Assembly: GCF_035084215.1 (NCBI RefSeq)
Contig: NW_027139548.1
Span: 7,936,001-8,000,000 of the forward strand
Direction: 5' to 3'
Length of the DNA stretch: 64,000 nt
Source of the DNA: Heptranchias perlo
Lineage: Eukaryota
Positions 1 through 11,626 of this stretch are shown piece by piece. Under the pieces are notes generated by a model. The model did not search any database, was not told where the DNA came from, and worked only from the letters and a program-made list of their open reading frames with translations. The position numbers were made by a program, and so were the translations under genes. Every line of letters begins with the position of its first letter. Position 1 is the stretch's first letter.

Positions 1-169
1 GGATATTAAGTTGCTTCGTAAATATCGTTTCATTAAAGCAGGTACGGGGATGAAACTCGCGTTGTTCCGTTCGACAAGACTGATGCCCTACCCTTTGGAC
101 ACGCACCGCGTAATAACTCCACGACTCTCTTTGCAATAGCGCCACTGGGCGCGGTACAACTTTACATCC

Positions 170-293
170 GAAAAAACAGCACCTCTGACAGAGCGGCACT
201 GGGAGAGTCAGCTTGGATTGTGTTCCGTCCCTGGTGTGGGCCTTGAACCCGCGACATTCTGAGTCAGAGGGGCGACAGTTACACCACAGAGCT
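170..293 (-). mobile_element. tRNA-derived SINE, 5' head fragment
   Basis: The minus strand reads gctctgtggtgtaactgtcgcccctctgactcagaatgtcgcgggttcaaggcccacacc (A/B-box tRNA-like head). It resembles the SINE heads at ~3100-3165 and ~30290-30365. Confidence 0.55.
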
Positions 294-1106
294 CACCCTC
301 AAAGACCCAAAATGGTACTATGTCCTCAATTCCTCACCCCTGAACCATTTTCAAAAGTTCCCCACCAACACCCCCCGCCACCCCATCAGGCCGAACATGT
401 CTCTCCTCCTACACGTACTTTGCCCCTTCGAATGCAAATACGACCGGGTGCTGCAGAAAAGGCGCCCCCTGTCTACTTATTCCGTCTCTGTATGCTGGGA
501 TCTTCCATTATGCTCGTCGGGACCTGGGGTGGAAAGCGCTGCCCGGGGCGTGGCTTTTTGGAGCAAATTCAATGATACACCGGCCTGCAGGTCAGTTCTG
601 CGGCCTGAAGGAACCGGTGTATCACAGATATCTGGAGTGTGAGAGGTTTGCAGCCCCTATTCTGTTATTTAAACGGACTGCTCCGATATTCTTGCCTCTA
701 CTAGAGCCCAACACTCCCTATCCTGGGCCACCGGGTACATGGAGCAGGTCGGAGGACTCCTGCTCGTGGGTTAAAATCGCCAGCCACACGTCCAGGATAG
801 GTAGGATCCGCGGGGACGTGGGTCGCTCCGACTGCGCACCTCTCTTCCACTTTCTCACCCAGAACAGCACCTCGCGGGTCTGTTCGGGGTTTATTGGTGG
901 GAAATCCGCATTTATTAAATTAAATTCGACGTTTTCACAATTAGTTTTATATTTCCCCTTAAAATAAAGTTTAACTTGTTCTGATTGAAATTTTAAGAAG
1001 ATTTGAAAGGAAACAGACAAGGAAATGGATAGAATCTGACATGTACACCATCTCTCAATATCTCCCCTCCCTCCTTCACTCTGCCACAATCTCTCTGCCT
1101 GTCTCT

Positions 1107-2780
1107 GACAACCATCTTCAGCCACAGGTGCCGAGTGGATGATCCATCTCGGCTTCCTCCCGGTATCCCCACCATCACAGAAGCCAGTCTTCAGCCAATT
1201 CGATTCACTCCACGTGATATAAAAAAAAACGGCTGAGTGCACTGGATACAGCAAAGGCTGTGGGCCCCGACAACATCCCGGTTGTAGTGATGAAGATTGT
1301 GCTCCAGAAATAGCTGCGCCTCTAGCCAAGCTGTTCCAGTACAGTTACAACACTGGCATCTACCCGACAATATCCAGGTATGTCCTGTCCACAAAGAGCA
1401 GGAAAAATCCCATCCGGCCAATTAATGCCCCATCAGTCTACTCTCAATCATCAGAAAAGTGATGGAAGGTTTCGACGACAGTGCTATCAAGCGGCACTTA
1501 CTCACCAATAACCTGCTCACTGATACTCAGTTTGGGTTCCGCCAGGACCTCTCGGCTCCAGACCTCATTACAGCCTTGGTCAAAACATGGAAAAAAGAGC
1601 TGAATTCCAGCGGTGAGGTGAGAGTGACTGCCCTTGCTATCAAGGCAGCAATTGACCGAGTGTGGCACCAAGGAGCCCCAGTAAAATGGAAGTCAATGGG
1701 AATCAGGGGGAAAACTCTCCAGTGGCTGGAGTCATACCTAGCACAAGGGAAGATGGTAGTGGTTGTTGGAGGCCAATCATCTCAGCCCCAGGGCATTGCA
1801 GCAGGAATTCCTTAGGGCAGTGTCCTAGGCCCAATCATCTTCAGCTGATTCATCAATGACCTTCCCTCCATCATAAGGTCGGAAATGGGGATGTTCGCTG
1901 ATGATTGCACAGTGTTCAGTTCCATTCGCAACCCCTCAAATAATGAAGCAGTCCGAGCACGCATGAAGCAAGACCTGGACAACATCCAGGCTTGGGCTGA
2001 TATGGGGAAAGCGCCAGACAAGTGCGAGGCAATGACCATCTCCAACAAGAGAGAGTCTAACCACCTCCCCTTTACATTCAACGGCATTACCATCGCCGAA
2101 TCCCCCACCATCAACATCCTGGGGGTCACCATTGACCAGAAACTTAACTGGACCAGCCACATAAATAATGTGGCCACAAGAGAAGGTCAGAGGCTGTGTA
2201 TTCTGCGGAGAGTGACTTACCTCCTGACTCCCCAAAGCCTTTCCACCATCTACAAGGCACAAGTCAGGAGTGTGATGGAATACTCTCCACTTGCCTGGAT
2301 GAGTGCAGCTCCAACAACACTCAAGAAGCTGGACACCATCCAGGACAAAGCAGCCCGCTTTATTGTCACTCCATCTACCACCCTAAACATTCACTCCCTT
2401 CACTACTGGCTGCAGTGCGTACCATACACAGGATGCACTGCAGCAACTCGCCAAGGCTTCTTCGACAGCACCTTCGAAGCCCGTGACCTCTACCACCTTG
2501 AAGGACAAGAGCAGCAGGTACATGAAACAACACCACCTGCATGTTCCCCTCCAAGTCACACATCTTCCCGACTTGGAAATATATCATCATTCCTTCATCG
2601 TCGCTGTGTCAAAATCCTGGAACTGCCTTTCTAACAGCACTGTGGGAGAACCTTCACCACACGGACTGCAGCGGTTCAAGAAGGCGGCTGACCACCACCT
2701 TTTCAAGGGCAATTAGGTATCGGCAATAAAAGCAGGCCTCGCCAGCGACGCCCACATCCCATGAACGAATTTTTAAAAAA
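1107..2780 (+). mobile_element. CR1-clade LINE (family A), 5'-truncated, decayed RT
   Basis: Broken ORFs carry QFGFRQD, GIP*GSVLGP and MFADDC RT motifs. The 3' end is gccagcgacgcccacatcccatgaacgaatttttaaaaaa. Homologous to 35590-38800. Confidence 0.9.
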
Positions 2781-2911
2781 ACATTCACAATCTCTTTCCC
2801 TCCGGTAAAATGTGCTTTATTCCAATAGCCAGTTCGTGGAGCGAGTTGTTTCTGTTATGATCCCAGTGTCATGGGATCCTTTCAGCAGATACTGGGCAGA
2901 AAAAGACAGGT

Positions 2912-3165
2912 AAAGAAAGACTTGCATTTTTATCGCGCTTTTTACATCCTCAGGATGTGACCGTCCCAAAGCACATTACAGCCCATGAAGCGTAGTCGCT
3001 GCTGTAATGTAGAAAACGCAGCAGCTAATTTGCTCAGAGCAAGATCCGACAAACAACAATGCACTGGAGTGTCAGCCTAGATCTTGGGCTCAATTACTTG
3101 GAATGGGACCTGAACCCACGGCCTTCAAACTCAGAGGTAAGAGTGCTCCCTAACTGAACCATGGT
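2912..3165 (-). mobile_element. tRNA-derived SINE with L2-like 3' tail (DeuSINE/SacSINE-like), internally deleted
   Basis: Tail aaagaaagacttgcattt...cccaaagc and tRNA-like head ...gaacccacggccttc...ctcagagg. Same family as 29856-30365. Confidence 0.7.
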
Positions 3166-3271
3166 TCAGGATGGTCGCTTGTAGACTTTACCAATGACAT
3201 GGAACCCTGAGAAATAGCATCAAAACCTAAACACAGTGATAGATTCTGAAAGGGATGCACACCTCATTTTA

Positions 3272-3697
3272 GCAACAATAACAACAACAAATTGCACTTA
3301 TCCAGCGGCTTTAAAGCAGTGAAACATTCCAAGACGCTTCACAGGAGCGTTATCAAACAAAATTTGACACCGGTTCACACCAGGAATCATTAGGACAGAT
3401 CAAAGAGGTAGGTTTTAAGGAGCGTTTTAAAGGTGGATAGAGAGAGGTAGAGAGGCGGAGAAGTTTAGGGAGGGAATTCCAGAGCTTAGGGTCGAGGCAG
3501 CTGAAGGCATGGCCGCCAATAGTGGAGCGATGGAAATCGTGAAAGTGCAAGAGGAAAGAATTGGAGGAGCGCTGAGATTTCGGAGGGTTGTAGGGCTGGA
3601 GGAGGTTACAGAGTTAGGGAGGAGCGAGGCCATGGACGGATTTGAAAACAAAGATGAGAATTTTAAAATTGAGGCATGCCCGGACCGGGAGCCAATA
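3272..3697 (-). mobile_element. L2 LINE 3' fragment
   Basis: (aac)n tail on +. The minus ORF HRSTIGGHAFSCLDPKLWNSLP is typical of the L2 ORF2 C-terminus. Confidence 0.8.
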
Positions 3698-3699
3698 GA

Positions 3700-4138
3700 A
3701 TGGGTCTATACTCTCTGGAGTTTAGCAGAATGAGAGCTGATCTCATTGAAACGTGTAAGATTCTGAGGGGGCTTGACAGGGTAGATGCTGAGATATTGTT
3801 TCCTCTGGCTGGAGAGTCTAGAAATAGCCGGTAAAATCGCAGGATTCGGGGGTCTGCTGTTTAAGACTGAGATGAGGAGGAATTTCTTCACTCAGAGGGT
3901 TGTGAATCTTTGGAATTCTCTACCGCAGAGGGCTGTTGTCGATGAGTCGTTGAGTATACTCAAGGCTGAGATCGATAGATTATTGGCTTCGAGGGGAATC
4001 AAGGGATAGGGAGATCGGGCGGGAAATGGGAGTTGAGGTCATAGGTCAGCCATGATCTTCTTGAATGGCGGGGCAGCCTCGAGGGGCCGAATGGCCTACT
4101 CCTGCTCCTATTTATTAAGTTCTTATGTTCTTATGTTC
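3700..4138 (+). mobile_element. CR1 LINE 3' fragment
   Basis: RNFFTQRVVNLWNSLP motif and (ttcttatg)n tail. Confidence 0.85.
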
Positions 4139-5465
4139 GACAATGTGTAGGGAGAAGAAAAGATAAAGTGTTCCATGTTTAATATAGTCTCAGTCTGTAC
4201 AACAAGAGGCCCCAGCCTCACAGTTAGAATAGGGAGGGTTAAAGAGCGATTAGATTTAAGTTCTTCACAAAGAGTGTGTGGATTATATGGAATGGACCAC
4301 CGTGGGAAGCAGTGCGGGTTGATCATCGGTTCGTTCATGAGCCTGGGGTAAAATGAAAAAGCAGTATGAAATATATTCTGGGATGTGACACTTTCTACGT
4401 CCTGGGCCGGTCAGATTGAACCCGATTGCCTTTCCCGATCCATTCATTCCTACATTCCAGTGTACTCTATCTTGTAAGTAAGGTTGTAATAAAGTAATAC
4501 TGCAGCCCAGTGGAATAGTCTTACTACAACTTACACACATCACGCTATATTCAGGGTAAGAATATCTATGCGTCCACTTCAGGAGCCAGACGAGGCACGG
4601 GGTCGGGTTTCCGACTGTTTCCGTTCGTTTTGAATCCAGATTCCCCTCAAATTGGCAGAACCAGCTGAAAAGTTCAGGGGAGTTTAACCGTGTGAGTTAC
4701 GGCCGAAATCACTTACTTTCGTGCTATCCGCGATCTTTTCCGTTGGTTCAAGATTCGAATCGCAATGATCAGGTCCTGCCCACAAAACTGGCCACGTCAA
4801 AATTGCGAGATTCTGCAACTTGCACTGGGTCGAGAAGACTCCTCAAATTGTGATTAATTTCACAGGCGCACAGACACTAGTAGGCACGGTTTAAAAGTTT
4901 TACCTATCAAAAAACATTTCATTTACTAACAAACTGAGTAATGCGGACCAAAGAATCTAATAAATGGTTCAGTGTTGTTTATGAATCATTTTCAGTGAAT
5001 TTAAATCAGGTTACTCACAGGTGCAGGACTGGACACGCTGAGTAAAACTGTTTATTATTGCTTGTAAATCCAAATTCAGTTGTTTCCATAAAACTGAACA
5101 ATGTTACCCCACTGTTAAATACATCAAGAAATAGTTTTGATTGGAAAGAAAACGAAAGAAACGATTACGTTCAATTGAGCTGCTCGATTGCTGTCAGGCT
5201 TAGGTTCATATCCTGTTCTGGAAGTTAGGGCATTAGGTGGGGTCAGGTGCAAGGTCAGGACGATTACGGCAAGGGTAGTGCCTCCACCAATCCTGTAACA
5301 ATGAGGTCAGCACCGATAATGGGAGATTCCACCTTCCATTTGTAAAATAGGATTTAATTCTGTGTTTTTTTCTGAAACTGTCCAATAACAATTTCAACTT
5401 ATTATCTAAATCTTTCATAGCAGATAAAAAAACAACTCACCTGAGTCTATTAAAGAGATTACTCG

Positions 5466-5886
5466 AATTGGGGTTGTATTCTCCAGAGTTTAGAAGGTTA
5501 AGGGGTGATCTGATCGACGTTTATAAGATATTAAGGGGAACAGATAGGGTGGATAGAGAGAAACTATTTCCACTGGTTGGGGATTCTAGGAGTAGGGGGA
5601 ACAGTCTATAAATTAGAGCCAGACCTTTCAGGAGCGAGGTTAGCAAACATTACGACACACAAAGGGTGGTAGAAGTTTGGAACTCCCTTCTGCAAACGGC
5701 AATTGATACTATCTCAATTGTTAAATTTAAATCTGAGATAGATAGCTTTTTAGCAACCAACGGTATAAAGGGATATGGGCCAAAGGCAGGTATATGGAGA
5801 TAGATCACAGATCAGCCATGATCTTATCAAATGACGGAGCAGGCTCGAGCGGCTGAATAGCCTACTCCTGTTCCTATGTTGCTATA
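5466..5886 (+). mobile_element. CR1 LINE 3' fragment
   Basis: LRGDLI...TQRVVEVWNSL-type coding remnant and a gttcctatgtt tail. Near-identical to the reverse complement of ~56076-56500. Confidence 0.85.
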
Positions 5887-5955
5887 TTTGTCAATTGAAT
5901 GTAACTAATATTCATTATGATGCACCTGGTTGACTCCCTGGCGGATTGATGTGTG

Positions 5956-5963
5956 TATAAATA
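5956..5963 (+). promoter_or_regulatory. Candidate TATA box of the GPCR pseudogene
   Basis: TATAAATA lies ~85 nt upstream of the degenerate start codon. Confidence 0.35.
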
Positions 5964-6043
5964 CAGGGATTCATTCTCCCGCCTCAGCCATGCGCTCGTC
6001 AGAATCTTTCAGCTCGGACAGAATTCATCCATTCTCACAGAAA

Positions 6044-7457
6044 ATAGGGCAAGTAACTATTTTACACATAAAAGTGATTTACTACCCGATTCTCGCAGCC
6101 GTCAGTATCCCAGGTGAGCCACTGTAACCCCTTCCTTGTTAATCCATGTTAACTGCCTCACTGTTCTTACTGCATGTTGGAAACGGGAACATGTTTCCCG
6201 GATGTCAGCATTACACGGTGACATTTACCGGGACCAATTTGTGAATAGTTGGTCCGCCCTTTCCGCGTTTCCCTTAATCTGATAATTTTACTGAAGTTAC
6301 AATGTTCTTTGCAGCTCTAACACGAGGATTTTAGTGGATTTCCGGACCGCCTTGTCACCCCGTGCAGAGTGAGCGCTGCAACAGCTCATTAACATGTGTG
6401 GGTAGATTGCCTTGGTAATAGCTCCAAAATTAATCCTGTTCTCACTCTGCTTCGTGTTGATAATCACACTGAATGGAGTAAAATGCTTTCAACGGGTATC
6501 TCCATATACTGAGAACAGTATTTCAATCAGACACTGGAATATTATTTCTCTCCTCTCTCTTTCTTACAGCGAACTTGGTGACAATTGGGATTCACCCACG
6601 AGGAAACTGCGGCCTTTCCAAGTGTATCTCTGTCTACATGGTGGCCATGGCAACAGCGGATCTACTAGTTATGATCGTCAATATAATAGTGTATTATATT
6701 TTCAGTTAACACTTCCTACTTTCATTTCTCCCCCACACTCTCCCGTGTCTAGGTTCATTCTATGCATGACTGATGTCACCCTCGATTTGTCTGTTTGGTT
6801 CACCGTCTCCTTCATATTTGACCGTTTTGTCGCCCCCTCTGCTGCCAGAAGTTTAAAACCAAGTATTGCACCGAGAGTACTGCGGCCGTGGTTACAACAA
6901 CGGTCTCTGTTCTTACCTTTTTCAAGAACTTCCCTCTTTTGTTTCTATGTGCACCTGAACGAATAATTTAAAAAGTGCAGCGGGACTGCCGGGCAAGTGA
7001 GGGTATTCACTCCTCACCTCTAGTTGTAGCGTTTCCTCACCAGTTTCACGGCATCTCGGGCGTTTGGCTTCCCTTTACCTCAATTTCCTTCTTTAATTCT
7101 TTGACCATCAGACGGATTGTCTTGGCCAGTGGAGCCCTCTGGAGACTCCGGGGTCATAGCTGTGAGAATCAGTGTGACCCAGACATGGAGAACCGAAGGA
7201 AATCCATCATTTTACTCTTCACTATATCGGGCAGTTTTATACTGTTGTGGTTGACAACTGCCTTGAGATTATTGACTACCAAACTGACAAACACCAATTA
7301 TTACCGAGGGGACAGCACAAATCCAGGATATATCCGCACCGACACCGGAGCTATGCTGAAGTTTTTGAGTTCCTGTCCAGCTACCCAGAGGGAATTCAGA
7401 GAAGAGCTGAAGAAGGTGCTGAAATCTCCCTGGACACTGATTTTTAAGATTGGTTAA
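6044..7457 (+). pseudogene. GPR139/GPR142-like class A GPCR pseudogene (2 exons: 6044-6113 and 6570-7457)
   Basis: Exon 1 encodes (I)GQVTILHIKVIYYPILAAVSIP and ends G|GTGAG. Exon 2 follows ttcttacag and encodes ANLVTIGIHPRGNCGLSKCISVYMVAMATADLLV, then a TAA at 6707-6709. Later pieces include SVWFTVSFIFDRFVA, DPDMENRRKSIILLF and REELKKVLKSPW. Lesions: ATG>ATA, a nonsense codon, frameshifts and a TM7 deletion. Confidence 0.85.
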
Positions 7458-8954
7458 AAATGAAAGAAATGCGAACTCGAGCTCCCTTTGGAACATTAGA
7501 ATACAATTTCAGCTCATATTCCAGTTTAGACTGGGGTTCCCTCTCCTTACCGCTACATAAAGATGGTTCTTGTGAAAACTCACAGGTAGCGACTATATTT
7601 CATGCCCTTTGTAGCATTTAACGTCAACATTGACAGTGGGTTTCTACAGTTCCTACAGTTCATTGGCTGAGTGCCTCTTGCCAAATAAGGACATTCCCCC
7701 TTAAGTATGAAACGTGTCAGTGATGAAGTGAACATTAATAGTGGAATAGATTATTTGATCAACGAGTTTAATATCACTGTGCGAGGAATCTACCGTGTAA
7801 TTGACAGGAAGATCCACCAGTTCTAGGAACAGATTCGATCGTTTAGAACTCCTGGTGAATTTACTTTTTCTCGGAGGTTGGATGAACACGGTGCTTGGAC
7901 TGGTGTCCGCCGCACCGGCCGCTTCATCCCTTCCCCAGTGAATAAGGAGCGGAGCCGCTGTCTCGTTCGCAGTGCTGCGATGTTCCGCCATTTTTGAATG
8001 TTAACAGTTGTTACCTTGTTTTACCTGCTTTGTTCTGAGATCTCGATTATTGAGAAAAAGTTGAAGGCTGTCCAACAACATTGAAATTAAAGTCTTTACC
8101 TGTTGTTACTAAATGTATTTGATTGTTATTAATCTGAATCAGTGGCCAGGTAAAACTGGTAAAATAATGTAAGAACTAAGAATGTGAAACAAACTTAATA
8201 ATCAGGACACTTGATGCATCGATCTGCAATCAATACTCTCATATATTGGAATGGAATAATCCGTTCTGTTTGTTGGTGCACAGAGAGTAACATGTAATCT
8301 CCCTTCCATTTTATCAACTGGTGTTGATTGGGCATCCCCAAAGCATGGCTGTGTCTTCGGAGCTTCTACCGGTAACACTGCAGACCGGCGTTTGAAGCGC
8401 TGCTCGGTACAAAGGCATCAGATGAAGTCTTGTGCCAATTAACGAGCAATTTGTCCGCTCGCCAGATTCTGTGTCTCGGAAGAAAGTGTTTCCCAATTTA
8501 TCCTGCAGTGCATGGGTTGCAGATTGGACGATGTTGAGGAGAGGCTGCCCCTGGGTCTGGTCAAATCCACCGTTCACACTGCAGGATGTGTAAGATCATC
8601 AGAGGAGATGTCTCTGACTGCTTCCACTGTTCTATTCAGCATACCCGGTTACACATAGAATACAGCCAGCGCTGTGTCCGCTCGATCTTTACACACTTTC
8701 TGTGATTGATGGGTACCGCAGATATTGATTGCTGTGCTGGAAATACGCAGCATCCGTGGAGCGAGAAACAGAATCAACATTTCAGATCGATGAAGAAATC
8801 TATTCTTTCATAATTTCTTAGCCTCAGTAACCGATTTAAATAATTGCTGGGAATCTAATGCATAATCGGGCTGAAATACTTGAATAGTCGGGGTACAACA
8901 CGTGCGAGGTTCTCCACCATGTTTCTACAAGTCGGAACACGGTGATGTTCGATG

Positions 8955-9203
8955 TTGACTCATGTTGACTCCACCTAATCATATTACGATTTTCTAAGTG
9001 CCCCGATACCACGTCCTTAATAATGGATTCCAGCATTTTCCCGACGACTGATGTCAGTCTAACTGGCCTGTAGTTCCCTTTTTTCTCTCTCCCTCCTTTC
9101 TTCTACAGCGGGGTTACATTTGCTACCGTCCAATACACTGGGGCTATTGTAGAATCCAGGGAATTTTGAAAGATCAAAATCAATGCATCCACTATCTCTG
9201 CAG
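8955..9203 (-). mobile_element. CR1 LINE internal RT fragment
   Basis: The minus frame gives MLESIIKDVVSGHLENRNMIRWSQH, plus a GNYRPV-type remnant. Confidence 0.75.
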
Positions 9204-9204
9204 A

Positions 9205-9700
9205 CAAGGAGAGGTGGTGAGAAAGCAGAAAAGAGACATAGGGACAGAGAGAGAGCAAAAGTGAAAGAAAATGAAAGAGGGACAGAGTTAGGTATTTAAA
9301 TAGGAACAGATGGGGATAGAGAAAGAAAGAGGGAGAGGGGCACAGATAGGAACAGAGAGAAACAGTGGTTCAGAGAGAGACACACAGATGGAGGTGACTG
9401 GGTTAAATACCAGAAGTGGAACATTCACTGTAACGTTTAATGTACGCTCAGCACCAATCTTGGGCCAAGCGGATACAGGCCAGTGAGAGTGAGAGGGCTG
9501 GGAATCCTCAGGATTTGGGTTTGATAGTGAGGGAGAAACAGAGGGGCAGACAGGCAGAGAGAAAGAACTGGATAGGCTGAGAGATGTAGATGGACTGAGA
9601 GGGAGAGAAAGAGAGAAGCAGGAAAGACAGACATAGAAACAGGGGGAAGAGAGAAGACACACAGATAGAGGTGACCGTGTTAAACGCAAAGGGAGAGGCA
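9205..9700. repeat. GA-rich low-complexity tract
   Basis: Purine-rich (gaga/gaca)n runs. Confidence 0.6.
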
Positions 9701-10607
9701 CAGGCTCTGGATATCTCCAGAATGTGGTCAGTCTGCCCAGTTCCCAGTCTATAGAAAAACGCCCCTCTCTCACACCCTTCCAGAATGTCTGAGTTGGAAA
9801 ATTAATTCCTGGACGTGAGTTTAAAAAGTGTCCAAAGGAATCGACAGGTTAATCCCCAGTTTATGGGGAAAGTTCAGCACTTTCTGGGGAGGGAGGGATG
9901 GGGTGTCCCCAGAGTGGGAATATATACAGCGGGGGTTGGAGCAGGGGTGGGAGGGATGGACGGGGTCACCCCAGACTTGGAATAAATAAAGGTGGGTTTG
10001 GAGCAGGGGAAGGAGGGAGGGAGGGAGGGAGGGGGAGGGAGGGTGGGGATATCCCCAGACTGGGAATTCACATAGCGACGGTTGGAGCAGGGTGGTGGAG
10101 GGGATGAGGAAGCAATGTGCCCGATGACAAACATGATCGTTCCAGCCCCGTCTGTGGGGTTTGATGTGAGCTGTGGGTAGAATTGATCTGTATCACTAGA
10201 GCCTGTCCTTTGCCCAGTCCTGTGTGGGGCCTGTGAGTGGGACCAGTGATTGACATTTCAAACTGCAGTAATATTCCCAACATTGTCTTAGAGTTAAAGC
10301 TTTCAAATCAGCAAGATCGCCCCCGGAATGTCACAAATCCCAACAAACAGCCCCCTGGTGCTCCTGGACAAGCCAGGCCTGTCCCGGGCAGGATTAGCCC
10401 AGATTAACCTAACAGTGGGCAGAAACCCAGGGGGAGAAAGAGAGACATCACAACAGGTCAAATGCTCAGGAGAGGAGCTCCAGTCTGCAGTCAACAAACT
10501 GCTCACCTGAGGGTAACTGCGGGGTCCCAGTCCACATCCTGCCCTCTCTGTGAAAATCCTCGTGTTTCCGGGAGATGCGGCAACTTTAAGGGAACAGAGC
10601 TGCCATT

Positions 10608-10928
10608 TTAGCGGTTGTAATAGAGTAAATAAGGAGAAACTGTTTCCATTGGCAGGAGGGTCAGTAACCAGAGGACATAGATGTAAAATAATTGGGTTGA
10701 AGGGGACAAATATTTTATGAATCGAGTTATGACCTGGAATGCAGTGCCTCAAAGAGTGGAGGAAGCAGATTCAAATGGGAATCGGGTAAATACTTTAAAA
10801 AATTCTACGAATGTCTATGGGGGAAGAGCGGGGGGGGGGGAGTTGGACTAGATTAGATTGCGCTTTCAAAGATCTGGCACAGGCACGATGGGCCGAAAAG
10901 CCTCCATCAGTGTTGTTTCATTCTATGG
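10608..10928 (+). mobile_element. CR1 LINE 3' fragment, old
   Basis: gagaaactgtttcca...accagaggacataga remnant and a ttctatggtt tail. Confidence 0.65.
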
Positions 10929-11261
10929 TTTGCGTCAGCAGCATGGCGGCCATTTTGTGTCAGATGTATGTCGGCCATTTTGCAGCAGGTTCATGGCGGC
11001 CATTTTGTTGAGTCCCAGCTGAGCTCTTTCGCTCACAGTCCCACCATGTTGTGTAAATTGATATCCAGCCTCTCGAACAACACTCACGCGCTTCAATAGG
11101 CAGATCGGTTGTATCTGCGATGCTTATAGAGGAGGTGGGATGTAGTTTCGGGGAACCTTTATTCAATATTTTGAAACAATAATACCAGTTTATTGAAAAT
11201 AACGACAAACTCATGCCCGAGCTGAAGTAAGCGGGGAAGTTTTATTAACACAGCACAGGGA

Positions 11262-11626
11262 TAAAAACGTGAATTTATAGAGTGCCTTTAAAGTAGTTAA
11301 ACGTCCCAAAGTGCTTCACGGGAGCGATTAACAATCAAAATTTTGACACTGAGCCACATAAGGGCAGGTGACCAAATCATAGAATCATGGAAGGTTACAG
11401 CACGGAAGGAGTCAGTTCAGCCCATCCAGTCCGCGCCGGCTATATGCATCAGCAAAAGTTTGATCAAAAAATTAGCTTTTAAGGAGCGTCTTAAAAGGAG
11501 GAGAGAAAAGTGGAGAGACGGAAAGGTTCAGGGAGAGAATTCCAGAGCTTCGGGCCTCGGCAGCTGGAGGCACGGAGGTCAATGGCGGAGCGTTTAAAAT
11601 CTGGATGCACAAGAGGCCAGAATTGG
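11262..11626 (-). mobile_element. L2 LINE 3' fragment (resumes at ~14081-14113 after the CR1 insertion; a tiny CR1 tail sits at ~11377-11445)
   Basis: Same L2 3' sequence as 3272-3697. ...gccagaattgga continues as ttggaagggcgcagagatc after the CR1. Confidence 0.75.

Noticed and set aside
718-1329. 203-aa minus-strand ORF
   Set aside because: It is a chimera of antisense LINE, AT-rich spacer and unique sequence, with no recognisable domain.
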